Positions 9,915-19,532 of a stretch of 32,000 nt of DNA are shown here, piece by piece. The first letter of the stretch is position 1, and every line of letters begins with the position of its first letter. The position numbers were made by a program, and so were the translations under genes. Source of the stretch: Bacillus subtilis subsp. subtilis str. 168 (lineage in GTDB: Bacteria; Bacillota; Bacilli; Bacillales; Bacillaceae); the NCBI RefSeq assembly GCF_000009045.1, contig NC_000964.3, forward strand, positions 3,000,001 through 3,032,000. The letters run 5' to 3'. The notes under the pieces were generated by a model. It made no database searches, was not told where the DNA came from, and was given only the letters and a program-made list of their open reading frames with translations.

Positions 9915-10598
9915 TTAAAGCTCGATCGTCTCACCGACCGACATGACTTTGCCGACTCCGCCCGGCAGGCTGTCAGCGAATGCTTCTGGGTCTTGTTCGA
10001 TGACCGGGAATGTATTGTAATGCACCGGCACGACCTGTTTTGCGCGCAGCCATTCAGCAGCAAGCTTGGCGTCTTCAGGCCCCATTGTAAAGTTATCGCC
10101 AATCGGAAGGAAAGCAAGGTCGATATGATTCAATTCGCCAATGAGTTTCATATCAGAGAAAAGTGCCGTATCGCCCGCGTGGAAAATCGTTTTATCTTCT
10201 ACAGTCAGCAAAATACCGGCAGGCATGCCTGTGTAAGTGATCGTTTTGTTTTCTTCATCTGTGATGGCTGATCCATGAAAGGCCTGTGTGAGCTTCACTT
10301 TTCCAAAATCGAACTGGCGGGAGCCGCCAATATGCATTGGATGAACATTCAAGCCTTTCCAGCCTAAGTACACAGCGAGCTCGTTCGGGGCTATAACCAG
10401 CGCGTTATTTTGCTTGGCGATTTGTTCAGTATCACCGACATGGTCATTGTGGCCGTGCGTTAGTAAGATGACATCCGCTTTTACATCCTCCGGCTTTATA
10501 TCCGTTAATGAATTCCCTGTTAAAAACGGATCAAAAATAATATGATGGTCCTTCGTTTCCACTGTGATTACAGAATGTCCGTGATATGTCACTTTCAT
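9915..10598 (-). CDS. ytkL: Metallo-beta-lactamase-fold metal-dependent hydrolase (UPF0173-like)
   Basis: 227 aa from [11 protein letters not shown]; [11 protein letters not shown] motif; start follows GAGGTGAAAGAA. Confidence 0.92.
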   Translation of the reverse strand: MKVTYHGHSVITVETKDHHIIFDPFLTGNSLTDIKPEDVKADVILLTHGHNDHVGDTEQIAKQNNALVIAPNELAVYLGWKGLNVHPMHIGGSRQFDFGKVKLTQAFHGSAITDEENKTITYTGMPAGILLTVEDKTIFHAGDTALFSDMKLIGELNHIDLAFLPIGDNFTMGPEDAKLAAEWLRAKQVVPVHYNTFPVIEQDPEAFADSLPGGVGKVMSVGETIEL

Positions 10599-10660
10599 TT
10601 CTTTCACCTCGTCACATGATTTTGTTTTTTTTATTTTCCCTTTTTAAAAAGCTGAAAAAC

Positions 10661-11428
10661 TTATGTTGTTTGATTCTTGTTAATGACATTGAGGCCTCCG
10701 GTGGCTTCAATGACAGTCCCTGTCACAAGGTCTGAGTTCTCCTCACACAAGAAAGCGATAATCCTGGCAATATCCTCGCCTGTACCGGATCTTCCTATCG
10801 GCGTTTTTTCTTTGCCGATTCGCATTCTGGCTTCCTCTATCGATGCTTCTTTCATGTCGCCGACAATGTCTCCTGGGCAAACCATGTTGGCGGTTATGCC
10901 GAATTCGGCTTCTTCAATGGCAATTGTCTTCGTCAAAGAAGCCAAGCCCACTTTCGCAGCGCCAAATGCCGATCGGTGAAGCCAGCCGGGCGCGTGAGCC
11001 GCACCTTGGAATCCGTACGTAATAATGCGTCCAAATTGCTGTTTTCTCATAATAGGAATAACCGCTTTGAATAAATGAAAGACGGCGCTTAAATTTCCTT
11101 CCAGCATGCCATACCATTCATCATCAGTATAATCGGCTAACTTTTTACGTTCAAATATGTATGGTCCAGCGTTGTTAATCAAAAAGTCGATCCTTCCGAA
11201 GCGGTTTAAGGCAGCCTCTGCAATACGCAGCAGATCTTCTTTTTTGGTGACATCACCTTTTACAAATTGCAGCCGGTCAAGACAATCGGGACAGGCTTCC
11301 TTCAGGCGGCTGACTGCCTCCTCATCCTGTCTGTAATTGACTGTTACTGAATACCCCTTTGCAAGCAACGTTTCAGTCACTTTGCGGCCTAAACCCTTCG
11401 AACCGGCAGTAATTAAAGCATGTCGCAC
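10661..11428 (-). CDS. ytkK: Short-chain dehydrogenase/reductase, GTG start
   Basis: VRHALITAGSKGLGRKVTETLL nucleotide-binding motif, NNAG, SAFGAAK; GTG preceded by gggaggtattcat. Confidence 0.85.
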   Translation of the reverse strand: MRHALITAGSKGLGRKVTETLLAKGYSVTVNYRQDEEAVSRLKEACPDCLDRLQFVKGDVTKKEDLLRIAEAALNRFGRIDFLINNAGPYIFERKKLADYTDDEWYGMLEGNLSAVFHLFKAVIPIMRKQQFGRIITYGFQGAAHAPGWLHRSAFGAAKVGLASLTKTIAIEEAEFGITANMVCPGDIVGDMKEASIEEARMRIGKEKTPIGRSGTGEDIARIIAFLCEENSDLVTGTVIEATGGLNVINKNQTT

Positions 11429-11529
11429 ATGAATACCTCCCAAAGCAACGTCGCCGCTTTCAATAAAGTGTTTCTTCTTCTACTTTACTATAAAAGGCTT
11501 GCAATATCACTTTTTACACTTTGGCATAC

Positions 11530-11556
11530 AAAAAAAGCTGCCTGTACAGACAGCTT
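11530..11556 (-). terminator. Intrinsic terminator downstream of argH/ytzD
   Basis: AAGCTG..CAGCTT hairpin (11535-11556) with inner CTGTACAG; minus strand runs into TTTTTT. Confidence 0.75.
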
Positions 11557-11689
11557 ATTCTGCAGGAGATGAAGACTCCTGATCAGGCATATCGACATAA
11601 CCGCTTTGATATGCTTCTGAAATGAGCCTTGTTGTCTCCTGGCTTTCTTGTTCATCATAAATATAGCGTTCCGGTTCTTTTTTCATCAT
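11555..11689 (-). CDS. ytzD: Small hypothetical protein
   Basis: MMKKEPERYIYDEQESQETTRLISEAYQSGYVDMPDQESSSPAE; RBS gggaggcaga immediately upstream; short. Confidence 0.7.
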   Translation of the reverse strand: MMKKEPERYIYDEQESQETTRLISEAYQSGYVDMPDQESSSPAE

Positions 11690-11750
11690 TCTGCCTCCCA
11701 TCATTATAGAGGTAGGTTGGCTATAATGACGGGATTTTATGAAGGAAATT

Positions 11751-13136
11751 TTAACAAACTCCTGCTGCCACGCAAGCTTTCGCTTTTTCAAGCGCCTGTT
11801 CCACCTGTTTGAATCCGGTGCCCCCGGCGCTCATTCTTTTTTCAACTGCGTAGTAAGGGTCTAACACAGTGTAAATATCTTCTTCAAATAGTGTGCTCGC
11901 CTGCTGAAACTCGCCAAACGGCATATCGCTTAAATAGATCCCTCTTTCGATGCATGTGTACACAAGTTTCCCGACCACTTCATGCGCTTCTCTGAACGGC
12001 ATTCCTTTTTTAGCTAAATAATCGGCCAGTTCCGTCGCGTTTGAAAAGTCTTGTTTTGTTGCTTGCTTCATGACGTCTTTGTTTACAGTCATTGTTTGGA
12101 TCATGCCTGTGAAGATTTGCAGGCTGCCCTCCACCGTTTTCACCGTGTCAAACATGCCCTCTTTGTCTTCCTGCAGATCTTTGTTGTAAGCGAGCGGAAG
12201 TCCTTTCATGATCGTAAACAGCCCCATCATATCGCCGTATACGCGTCCTGTTTTGCCGCGGATCAGCTCCGCCATATCAGGGTTTTTCTTTTGCGGCATC
12301 ATGCTGCTTCCTGTTGCGTACGTATCGTCAAGCTCGATGAATTTAAACTCCTGCGAGCACCATAAAATGATTTCTTCAGAGAAACGGGATAGGTGCATCA
12401 TCAGCATACTGCTGTTGCTTAAAAACTCCAAAATGAAGTCTCTGTCGCTGACGCCGTCCAAGCTGTTTTCATAAATGGCATCAAAGCCGAGCAGTTCCGC
12501 TGAATAATCACGGTCAATTGGGAAGGTTGTTCCCGCGAGCGCCCCGCAGCCGAGCGGAGATTTGTTAATCCGCTTCATTGAATCCTGAAAACGCTCCTTG
12601 TCGCGCTCAAGCATCCAGAAATACGCAAGCAGATGGTGAGCGAATGAAATCGGCTGGGCGCGCTGCAAATGTGTGTAGCCCGGCAGAATCGTTTCAACGT
12701 TCGCTTCCGCCTTTTCAATCAGCGCACTTTGGAATGCCTCAATCAGCTCGATGATGTGGCCGACATGATTCTTCAAGTATAAATGCATGTCAGTCGCCAC
12801 CTGGTCATTCCGGCTTCTGCCGGTATGCAGCTTGCCGCCAAGAGGACCGATTTCGTCAATGAGCATTTTCTCAATGTTCAAATGAATATCCTCATAATCG
12901 ACTGAGAATTCCAATGCTCCCTCCTCTGCTTTTTGCAAAAGGGTATTCAGGCCCTCTCGGATTTTCAACTCTTCTTCTGCTGTCAGAATACCGCATTTTT
13001 TCAGCATGGCAGCATGTGCGAGAGACCCTGTAATGTCTTCAGCAACTAAATTTTGGTCAAATGATATGGACGCGCCGAACTCGTCGACCCATTTTTCCGG
13101 TGTTTTTTGAAATCGGCCTCCCCAAAGCTTCTTCAT
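11751..13136 (-). CDS. argH: Argininosuccinate lyase
   Basis: 461 aa; [23 protein letters not shown]..., signature [12 protein letters not shown]. Confidence 0.97.
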   Translation of the reverse strand: MKKLWGGRFQKTPEKWVDEFGASISFDQNLVAEDITGSLAHAAMLKKCGILTAEEELKIREGLNTLLQKAEEGALEFSVDYEDIHLNIEKMLIDEIGPLGGKLHTGRSRNDQVATDMHLYLKNHVGHIIELIEAFQSALIEKAEANVETILPGYTHLQRAQPISFAHHLLAYFWMLERDKERFQDSMKRINKSPLGCGALAGTTFPIDRDYSAELLGFDAIYENSLDGVSDRDFILEFLSNSSMLMMHLSRFSEEIILWCSQEFKFIELDDTYATGSSMMPQKKNPDMAELIRGKTGRVYGDMMGLFTIMKGLPLAYNKDLQEDKEGMFDTVKTVEGSLQIFTGMIQTMTVNKDVMKQATKQDFSNATELADYLAKKGMPFREAHEVVGKLVYTCIERGIYLSDMPFGEFQQASTLFEEDIYTVLDPYYAVEKRMSAGGTGFKQVEQALEKAKACVAAGVC

Positions 13137-14344
13137 GCTTTAATCTGCTCCTTCTTTTTCACGATGCTGTTCACTTTTGTCGGAAGTCCCCAAAGCTCGA
13201 TAAATCCGATTGCTGCATGGTGATCAAATGCATCGTCTTTTGTATATGTTGCAAGTTTTTCATCATATAGAGAGTATTCCGATTTACGTCCTTCTACAAT
13301 TGCATGGCCTTTAAACAGCTTCACGCGGACAATGCCTGTGACATGCTTTTGCGTTTCTTTTAAGAAAGCGTGCAGCGCGTCTTTTAACGGTGAGAACCAT
13401 AAGCCGTTGTAAATGATTTCTGACATTTTTTGCTCGATGATCGGTTTAAAGTGGGCTACCTCTTTCACCAGTGTCAAATCTTCTAATTCTTTATGCGCTT
13501 TGATCAGTGTCATCGCACCAGGGCATTCGTATACTTCCCGGGATTTAATGCCGACGAGGCGGTTTTCCACGTGGTCGATACGTCCGACACCGTGCGCGCC
13601 CGCCATTTCATTCAGCTTCAAGATCAGCTCAGAAAGCGAGTAGGAAACACCGTCAATGGAGACAGGCACGCCCTGTTCAAATGCAATTTCAATCACTTCC
13701 GGCGTGTCCGGCGTTTTTTCCAGCGGAGCTGTTAAATCGTATGCACCTTCTGGCGGCGCCGCCCATGGATCTTCTAAAATGCCGCACTCATTGGCGCGTC
13801 CCCAGAGGTTTTGGTCGATAGAATACGGGCTGTCAAGATTGATCGGAATCGGAATGCCGCGGCTAGCCGCATATTCAATTTCTTCTTCACGTGACCACTG
13901 CCATTCGCGAACCGGCGCGATGACTTCTAGGTCAGGGTTTAATGATTTAATGGAGACTTCGAAACGAACCTGGTCATTTCCTTTCCCTGTGCATCCGTGG
14001 GCAATCGCCTGTGCATCTTCTTTTTCCGCAATTTCAACCAGTTTTTTCGCGATCAGCGGTCGAGATAATGCCGAAACAAGCGGGTATTTTCCTTCATACA
14101 TTGTGTGGGCCTGCAAAGAGATAAGCGCGTAATCCTGTGCAAATTCTTCTTTTGCATCGATCACGTAGGAGTTTGTCGCGCCGACTTCAAGCGCTTTCTG
14201 CTGAACAAATGCCAAATCTTTGCCCTCACCGACATCCAGGCAGCAGGCGATTACATTATATCCTTGCTCCTGAAGCCATTTTATTGCGACGGAAGTATCA
14301 AGACCTCCTGAGTATGCTAATACGACTTTTTTCTGTTCTGACAT
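13133..14344 (-). CDS. argG: Argininosuccinate synthase
   Basis: 403 aa; [33 protein letters not shown]; 4-bp overlap with argH. Confidence 0.98.
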   Translation of the reverse strand: MSEQKKVVLAYSGGLDTSVAIKWLQEQGYNVIACCLDVGEGKDLAFVQQKALEVGATNSYVIDAKEEFAQDYALISLQAHTMYEGKYPLVSALSRPLIAKKLVEIAEKEDAQAIAHGCTGKGNDQVRFEVSIKSLNPDLEVIAPVREWQWSREEEIEYAASRGIPIPINLDSPYSIDQNLWGRANECGILEDPWAAPPEGAYDLTAPLEKTPDTPEVIEIAFEQGVPVSIDGVSYSLSELILKLNEMAGAHGVGRIDHVENRLVGIKSREVYECPGAMTLIKAHKELEDLTLVKEVAHFKPIIEQKMSEIIYNGLWFSPLKDALHAFLKETQKHVTGIVRVKLFKGHAIVEGRKSEYSLYDEKLATYTKDDAFDHHAAIGFIELWGLPTKVNSIVKKKEQIKA

Positions 14345-14375
14345 GATAAAAATCCCCTCTCAACCGTGTTTCTAT

Positions 14376-14413
14376 TTTGTATAAAAATAAATTATATTTA
14401 ATAAAAATACATT
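14376..14413 (-). promoter_or_regulatory. Candidate pair of ARG boxes (AhrC operator) upstream of argG
   Basis: + strand cores ataaaaataaat (14381-14392) and ataaaaatacat (14401-14412); AAAAAT cores exactly 20 bp apart; about 12/18 and 13/18 matches to CATGAATAAAAATKCAAK by hand. Confidence 0.6.
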
Positions 14414-14461
14414 TTGTATGTATACACTTTAACAAGTACGTTTCGTTTTTTCAAGCCTTTT

Positions 14462-14495
14462 ATAAAAAAAACTTCACCTAAATTTCAGGTGAAGT
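14462..14495 (-). terminator. Intrinsic terminator downstream of moaB
   Basis: 9-bp perfect arms ACTTCACCT (14471-14479) / AGGTGAAGT (14487-14495); minus strand continues with a poly-T run. Confidence 0.9.
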
Positions 14496-14513
14496 TTCAT
14501 AGTATTTATTCAT

Positions 14514-15026
14514 TTACTTGTCTTTTCTGATTTCTCTGACCACATGCGCAAGTTCGGGAATAATCAGCTTATTCATTGCCAGCTTTACTGCGCCGCTTGA
14601 GCCTGGCGTTGAGAAAACAGCGGTATGCTGAATGACGCCGGCAGTTGCTCTCGACATGATTGCGGCAGAGCCGATATCCTCTGTATAACTCAGCATCCTG
14701 AATATTTCTCCAAAGCCGGGCAGTTCTTTCGAAAACAGCGGCGTTATGGCTTCAATTGTGACATCCCGATCTGCTATGCCTGTCCCTCCGTTTAAGAGTA
14801 CCGCGTCTGTCTGTTCATCCATGCAGCCCGCAAGCACTGACCGTTGCAAAGCATCCTTTTCGTCTTTTACAATTTCATATGCGGCAATATGATGACCGGC
14901 TTCTTCTAAAAATGAGATCATCAGCTTGCCGCTTTTATCGGTTTCATCTGTCCTCGTGTCACTGACAGTAATCACTTTGCACCGAACGATATCGGGAGCT
15001 TCTTGTTTATGCTCTTGAACGCTCAT
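14514..15026 (-). CDS. moaB: Molybdenum cofactor biosynthesis protein B
   Basis: VITVSDTRTDETDKSG, NGGTGIADRDVTIEA; start MSVQEHKQ preferred to the longer track ORF, since MSVQ is closely preceded by aaaagaggtgggcca. Confidence 0.94.
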   Translation of the reverse strand: MSVQEHKQEAPDIVRCKVITVSDTRTDETDKSGKLMISFLEEAGHHIAAYEIVKDEKDALQRSVLAGCMDEQTDAVLLNGGTGIADRDVTIEAITPLFSKELPGFGEIFRMLSYTEDIGSAAIMSRATAGVIQHTAVFSTPGSSGAVKLAMNKLIIPELAHVVREIRKDK

Positions 15027-15071
15027 TGGCCCACCTCTTTTATGTTTTCTGTCTGTCACTATCATGCATCA

Positions 15072-15102
15072 ACAAAAAAGCACATTCAAGAGAATGTGCT
15101 TT
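15072..15102 (-). terminator. Intrinsic terminator downstream of ackA
   Basis: 11-bp perfect arms AAAGCACATTC (15077-15087) / GAATGTGCTTT (15092-15102); minus strand T-run. Confidence 0.9.
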
Positions 15103-15110
15103 CATGCGAT

Positions 15111-16298
15111 TTATTTTGCTAAACGAACAACGTCGCGCGCAATCATGACTTCTTCATCAGTCGGGATGATCATGACTTTTACTGGAGAATGCGGATAGCT
15201 GATGAAAGCTTCCTCGCCGCGCACGTTATTAAGCGCAGGGTCCCAGTATACGCCCATGAATTCTAAACCGCGAAGAACGCGTTCTCTGACTTCCACACTG
15301 TTTTCACCGATACCGGCAGTAAAGATGATCGCATCTACACCGCTCATTCTTGCAGCGTAAGAACCGATGTATTTGTGGATTCTGCTTGCGAATACTTCAA
15401 GAGCCGTTTCCGCGCGCTCATTTCCTTCTTTCGTAGCTTCAACGATGTCACGAAGATCGCTTGAGAAACCGGAAATGCCGAGCAGTCCGCTTTTTTTGTT
15501 TAATGTATTCAGTACTTCGTCAGCCGTTTGGCCTGTTTTCTCCATGATGTATGGGATCAGGGCAGGGTCGATGTTTCCAGAGCGTGTGCCCATTGCTACA
15601 CCGGCAAGCGGCGTAAAGCCCATGGATGTGTCAATAGATTTTCCGCCTTCAACAGCGGCAATACTTGCTCCGTTTCCAAGGTGGCAGGAAATCAGGCGCA
15701 AGTCTTTTAACGGACGGCCGAGAAGCTCTGCCGCACGCTCAGTTACATATTTATGTGAAGTGCCGTGGAAGCCGTATTTACGGATGCCGAATTTTTCATA
15801 GTATTCATACGGCAAGCTGTAAAGGTAAGACTGCTCAGGCATTGTTTGGTGGAATGCTGTATCAAATACAGCTACCGCAGGAACATTTGGAAGCACTTCT
15901 TTGAACGCTTTAATTCCAACGATATTTGCCGGATTGTGAAGCGGTGCCAATTCAGAAATATCTTCGATTTCCTTAATGGTTTCATCCGTTAATAAAACAG
16001 AATCGCTGAATTTTTCTCCGCCGTGAACGACACGATGGCCAATTCCGTCAATTTCATTCAAGTCTTTAATAATGCCGAATTCCGTTAACTTATTCAGCAG
16101 CATTTTAACAGCTACCGCATGATCTGGAATATCAGTTACTTCTGTATTTTTTTCGCCGTTCACAGAAATTGTGAATACGCTGTCGGCGATACCGATTCGT
16201 TCAACTAAACCCTTCGTTAAAACGGTTTCTGAAGGCATTTCGAAAAGCTGAAATTTCAAAGACGAGCTTCCTGCGTTAATTGCAATAATTTTGGACAT
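15111..16298 (-). CDS. ackA: Acetate kinase
   Basis: 395 aa from [20 protein letters not shown]; [20 protein letters not shown] motifs; N-terminal 38 aa of the track ORF judged to be upstream leader. Confidence 0.98.
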   Translation of the reverse strand: MSKIIAINAGSSSLKFQLFEMPSETVLTKGLVERIGIADSVFTISVNGEKNTEVTDIPDHAVAVKMLLNKLTEFGIIKDLNEIDGIGHRVVHGGEKFSDSVLLTDETIKEIEDISELAPLHNPANIVGIKAFKEVLPNVPAVAVFDTAFHQTMPEQSYLYSLPYEYYEKFGIRKYGFHGTSHKYVTERAAELLGRPLKDLRLISCHLGNGASIAAVEGGKSIDTSMGFTPLAGVAMGTRSGNIDPALIPYIMEKTGQTADEVLNTLNKKSGLLGISGFSSDLRDIVEATKEGNERAETALEVFASRIHKYIGSYAARMSGVDAIIFTAGIGENSVEVRERVLRGLEFMGVYWDPALNNVRGEEAFISYPHSPVKVMIIPTDEEVMIARDVVRLAK

Positions 16299-16438
16299 GA
16301 TTGACGCTCCTTTATACTCTGTATCAACAACTTCGTTTTTCGTACTTTTTTCCCGGTGAATATCAACATCTTCTCCGAAAAATATCTGACTTTTCCATTT
16401 AAACATTGTCATGTCGGCTTTTCAAGTCAACTTGCGTA

Positions 16439-16455
16439 TTGATAACGCTTACAAT
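16439..16455 (-). promoter_or_regulatory. CcpA cre site upstream of ackA, proximal
   Basis: Minus strand ATTGTAAGCGTTATCAA; full match to TGNAANCGNWNWCA; lies just upstream of a TTGACT -35-like hexamer. Confidence 0.88.
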
Positions 16456-16498
16456 AAGAAGTCGTTATTTTCAGACACATTCACTATAGGTTTTGTAT

Positions 16499-16515
16499 TG
16501 ATGAACGCTTACAAT
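16499..16515 (-). promoter_or_regulatory. Second, weaker cre-like site upstream of ackA, distal
   Basis: Minus strand ATTGTAAGCGTTCATCA; shares AACGCTTACAAT with the proximal site at exactly 60 bp offset; about 12/14 to consensus. Confidence 0.6.
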
Positions 16516-16589
16516 TTGCGGTTTTTCCCTCTGTATTTTGTGTTTCAAAGCTGGATTCAATTCGTCAAGTCCGGTCTTCAAAAGCATAA

Positions 16590-16637
16590 ATAAAAGCAGC
16601 TTAGGCATCGACCTCATACGGCTGTCTAAGCTGCTTT
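16590..16637 (-). terminator. Intrinsic terminator downstream of ytxK
   Basis: 13-bp perfect arms AAAAGCAGCTTAG (16592-16604) / CTAAGCTGCTTTT (16625-16637). Confidence 0.85.
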
Positions 16638-16645
16638 TAAAACAC

Positions 16646-17635
16646 TTACTTTTCTTTTTTAAACCATTCATCAAATTGAGCCATCATATCAAGCATCGCC
16701 TTTTGATTGGAGAAAGACGGAAGATTCGCAAGCAGAATTTGCCCCGGCGCTTTCGTATTCTCTCCTTGTTTCTGAAGCACAAGGATGCTTTTGGCATGAG
16801 CTTCGTCTTTAAAAATAGATTTTGGCAGCTGCAACAGTGCGTTGATATGAACCTTATCTTTGAAAAACTGTTTCAGCTTGCCGCTTTGGGAGCTCTCAAA
16901 CAAATGATTCGGAATCATAAAAAATAAGTAGCCGCCCGGTTTGGTATGCTTGACGCTCTGTTCAATAAACAGATGATGAGCGAAGGAATGGCCTTCGTCA
17001 GCTTTGAGCTCAAACGCTTCTGCTCCTTCGTCATTCGGATAATAGCCGACTGGCAGATCACAAATGACCGTGTCAACTGGATCGATAAACAACGGCTCAA
17101 GGCTGTCCTGGTGGAAAAGCTCAAGCTCTTTTTTCAGAAGGTTCGCTTGGGCATAGGCGATCTTCAAGAGCACATCATCAATTTCAATGCCAAAGCTGTT
17201 TGCCGTTTTTTCAGACAGCTGGTTCAGCACGGTAAACAGAAGGTTCCCAGTTCCCAGGGCTGGATCAAGAATGGTCAGTTCCTTTTTGTCCGCCATAAAT
17301 TTATTCACCAAATAGCTGATGAAAAGCCCGATCGTATCCGGCGTCATTTGTCTGTTTGGATGCGAGATATCTTTCATTCCTTTAAGGACGGCAAGCTGAA
17401 AAGCCTTGCGTACCCACTCATGCTCATACGTGCCGAATTCCGCTTTTTCAAGCAGAGCCTGAAGTTGTTTGGTTTTCTGATCAGCAGGCAGTTTCAGCTG
17501 ATCCGTTTTTTCAAGAAAATACATTTCTCCTGCTTCGGCCAGCGCCTCTATATATGAAATCTGCAATTCATTCTTTATCATAATCGCGGCTTCGTTTAAC
17601 AGCTCATACACCGCACCTACATGGTCTTTTTGCAT
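16646..17635 (-). CDS. ytxK: Class I SAM-dependent (adenine-specific-like) methyltransferase
   Basis: 329 aa; LTILDPALGTGNLLFTVLN (motif I), DTVICDLPVGYYP (motif IV variant DLPVGY). Confidence 0.9.
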   Translation of the reverse strand: MQKDHVGAVYELLNEAAIMIKNELQISYIEALAEAGEMYFLEKTDQLKLPADQKTKQLQALLEKAEFGTYEHEWVRKAFQLAVLKGMKDISHPNRQMTPDTIGLFISYLVNKFMADKKELTILDPALGTGNLLFTVLNQLSEKTANSFGIEIDDVLLKIAYAQANLLKKELELFHQDSLEPLFIDPVDTVICDLPVGYYPNDEGAEAFELKADEGHSFAHHLFIEQSVKHTKPGGYLFFMIPNHLFESSQSGKLKQFFKDKVHINALLQLPKSIFKDEAHAKSILVLQKQGENTKAPGQILLANLPSFSNQKAMLDMMAQFDEWFKKEK

Positions 17636-17656
17636 ATTGTGTTCCTCCTTGCCATG

Positions 17657-17689
17657 AAAAAAGCTCCGGCGGCAGCCTGGAGCTTTTTT
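17657..17689 (-). terminator. Intrinsic terminator downstream of tpx
   Basis: 11-bp perfect arms AAAAAAGCTCC (17657-17667) / GGAGCTTTTTT (17679-17689). Confidence 0.88.
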
Positions 17690-17695
17690 CCCTGC

Positions 17696-18199
17696 TTACT
17701 TTACTAATGCCTTAGCAGCCTCAATTGGCTTTTCATAGTTCGGGTGGTTTGTTGCTTCGCTTACATATTCAGCGTAAACGACTTTTCCGTTCTCATCAAG
17801 GACAAATACGGAACGCGCAAGCAGACGAAGTTCTTTAATATACACACCGAACGCTTCGCCAAATGACATATCTCTGTGGTCAGACAGTGTTTCCACTTTG
17901 TCAATTCCGTTAGCGCCGCACCAGCGCGCTTGCGCGAATGGAAGGTCTGCACTGATTGTGTAGACGTTGACATCTCCAAGCTTTGCAGCTTCTTCGTTAA
18001 AACGGCGTGTTTGTGCATCACAAACACCTGTATCAATTGAAGGGATAACAGAAATAATCGTTACCTTTCCTTTCATGTCAGCTAACGATTTTTCTTCAAG
18101 GCTGTTAGTCAGCACTGTGAAATCAGGAGCTTGATCTCCTACCTTCACTTCTTGTCCGACAAGTGTAACCGGACCGCCTTTGAATGTAATTTCAGCCAT
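17696..18199 (-). CDS. tpx: Thiol peroxidase (Tpx, atypical 2-Cys peroxiredoxin)
   Basis: 167 aa from [16 protein letters not shown]; [21 protein letters not shown] peroxidatic site. Confidence 0.97.
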   Translation of the reverse strand: MAEITFKGGPVTLVGQEVKVGDQAPDFTVLTNSLEEKSLADMKGKVTIISVIPSIDTGVCDAQTRRFNEEAAKLGDVNVYTISADLPFAQARWCGANGIDKVETLSDHRDMSFGEAFGVYIKELRLLARSVFVLDENGKVVYAEYVSEATNHPNYEKPIEAAKALVK

Positions 18200-18214
18200 T
18201 ATAATTCCTCCCTT

Positions 18215-18256
18215 TTGTATGTATGTCTCTATCATAGTAAAGTTTCCTGCAAACTG
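18215..18256 (-). promoter_or_regulatory. Candidate SigA promoter of tpx
   Basis: Minus strand TTTGCA, 18-bp spacer, TATGAT within actTTGCAGTTTGCAGGAAACTTTACTATGATAG. Confidence 0.6.
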
Positions 18257-18269
18257 CAAAGTTTATGCC

Positions 18270-18309
18270 AAAAAAAAGTTAACTGCGGCCAGCGCAGTTA
18301 ACCTTTTTT
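18270..18309 (-). terminator. Intrinsic terminator downstream of ytfJ; symmetric, T-run on both strands
   Basis: 10-bp perfect arms GTTAACTGCG (18277-18286) / CGCAGTTAAC (18292-18301) flanked by A-run and T-run. Confidence 0.88.
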
Positions 18310-18764
18310 TAATAATTCATATTGTTCATTTGGTTTTGATTTTGGCCTTGGCTTTGGTTTTTGTTATTTTTCTTGAACATTTGCTGGATGCGCTCGAGTG
18401 TTTGAGGGGCTGCGTCTAAAATTTTCTCTATTAAATGGGTATTTTCATCTAAATGAAGCATTCTGATGCCTGTCGATCCGACAATTAAAAACGCGATCGG
18501 CGTAATGGACACACCGCCCCCGCTTCCGCCTCCGAAAGGAAGTTTCTGTTCTCTTGTCTCATCGTCTTCCGATTTCTTTTCGGCCGGCTTTCCGCCAAAC
18601 TCGCTTCCGCCTGCGGCGAATCCGAATCCAACTTTAGAAACAGTTAAAATCACACTTCCATCAGGCGTTTCCACTGGATCTCCGATGATGGTGTTAACAT
18701 CAATCATTTCCTTCAAGTTTTCCATTGCGGTTTTCATTAAACCTTGGATGGGATGGTCTGCCAT
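18309..18764 (-). CDS. ytfJ (gerW): GerW/YtfJ-family sporulation protein
   Basis: 151 aa from MADHPIQGLMKTAMENLKEMIDVNTIIGDPVETPDGSVILTVSKVGFGFAAGG; Q/N-rich C-terminal tail. Confidence 0.92.
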   Translation of the reverse strand: MADHPIQGLMKTAMENLKEMIDVNTIIGDPVETPDGSVILTVSKVGFGFAAGGSEFGGKPAEKKSEDDETREQKLPFGGGSGGGVSITPIAFLIVGSTGIRMLHLDENTHLIEKILDAAPQTLERIQQMFKKNNKNQSQGQNQNQMNNMNY

Positions 18765-18777
18765 ATACGCTTCCTCC

Positions 18778-19458
18778 TTAAACTGATGAATCATTCTTTG
18801 AAGTCATTCTAGCCGACGGATTCTTCTTTAATACGGATAGCTCCCGTCCGTATTTGACGAATTTGAAAGCTGCAAGCATAGCATGTCCAAAGCGAAAAAA
18901 GAATATACACTGAAAATGGGTCTTGGAAACAGGGACTTGAAACGACGGGATCACCTCATAGACAGGTTTATTCACAAAGTCCAGGTGGTCGTAGAGCATT
19001 GCTGCGATACCGCCCTTCACGCCCCATACAGCACCGGTTAACACACCTGTCACTGCCGCGTCCTGAATTCCGATTACTGTAACCCATTCTAGTTTTGTGA
19101 TATGTAAATGCGCGAGAAAAGACGCGCTGATTTTCCGCAGTCTGGTGACCTGATGCAAAAGCATTTCGATTTTATTAATGCTTTGCTGCACATCGTTTTG
19201 TGTAATTTTTTTCTTTCCGCTGCTTTTTTTCATTTTGGATTCAGTTTTTTGTTTGATATCCACTGTTCCGTCTTCTTTGTTCACCTTAATCGCCGGGATT
19301 GTTTTTTTGATCCTTATAAGGCCAAACAGCGCCGTAATCTTCAAGGTCAATTTGTCATTATCATCGGCATGAAGATACTCCAGCGCGACATGGATTTTCA
19401 TTCTGAGAAGCAGTACGATCCCTATGAGAATAAGAATGGCTGTCAGTACATACACCAT
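18778..19458 (-). CDS. ytfI: DUF2953-type membrane-associated hypothetical protein
   Basis: N-terminal transmembrane segment [21 protein letters not shown]; start MVYVLTA follows gaggaagtgaagaat; 13 bp upstream of ytfJ. Confidence 0.85.
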
Positions 19459-19503
19459 ATTCTTCACTTCCTCTAGGAGCATTATCGCCAATTCCTAAAA
19501 AAA

Positions 19504-19527
19504 TAAACCCGGACGGAAGTCCGGGTT
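19504..19527 (-). terminator. Intrinsic terminator downstream of yteJ
   Basis: 9-bp perfect arms AACCCGGAC (19506-19514) / GTCCGGGTT (19519-19527), GGAA loop; minus-strand T-rich tail. Confidence 0.88.
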
Positions 19528-19532
19528 ATCGG

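Noticed and set aside
13656-14132. 158-aa + strand ORF opposite argG
   Set aside because: Shadow ORF of a highly conserved coding gene; no coherent RBS and composition-driven open frame.
15367-15801. 144-aa + strand ORF opposite ackA
   Set aside because: Antisense to ackA; low-complexity Ser/Arg/Pro-rich translation typical of a shadow frame.
16299-16412. 38-aa N-terminal extension of AckA in the ORF track
   Set aside because: Conserved acetate kinase starts at [13 protein letters not shown]; the extension lies in the leader close to the cre site.
16411-16674. 60-aa + strand and 67-aa - strand ORFs in the ackA-ytxK intergenic region
   Set aside because: Region is explained by the ytxK terminator, cre sites and ackA promoter; the ORFs cross these elements and no good start signal was evident.
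16946-17557. 203-aa ORF on the + strand opposite ytxK
   Set aside because: Antisense to a full-length, well-matched methyltransferase gene; the sequence resembles a shadow ORF with no recognisable domain.
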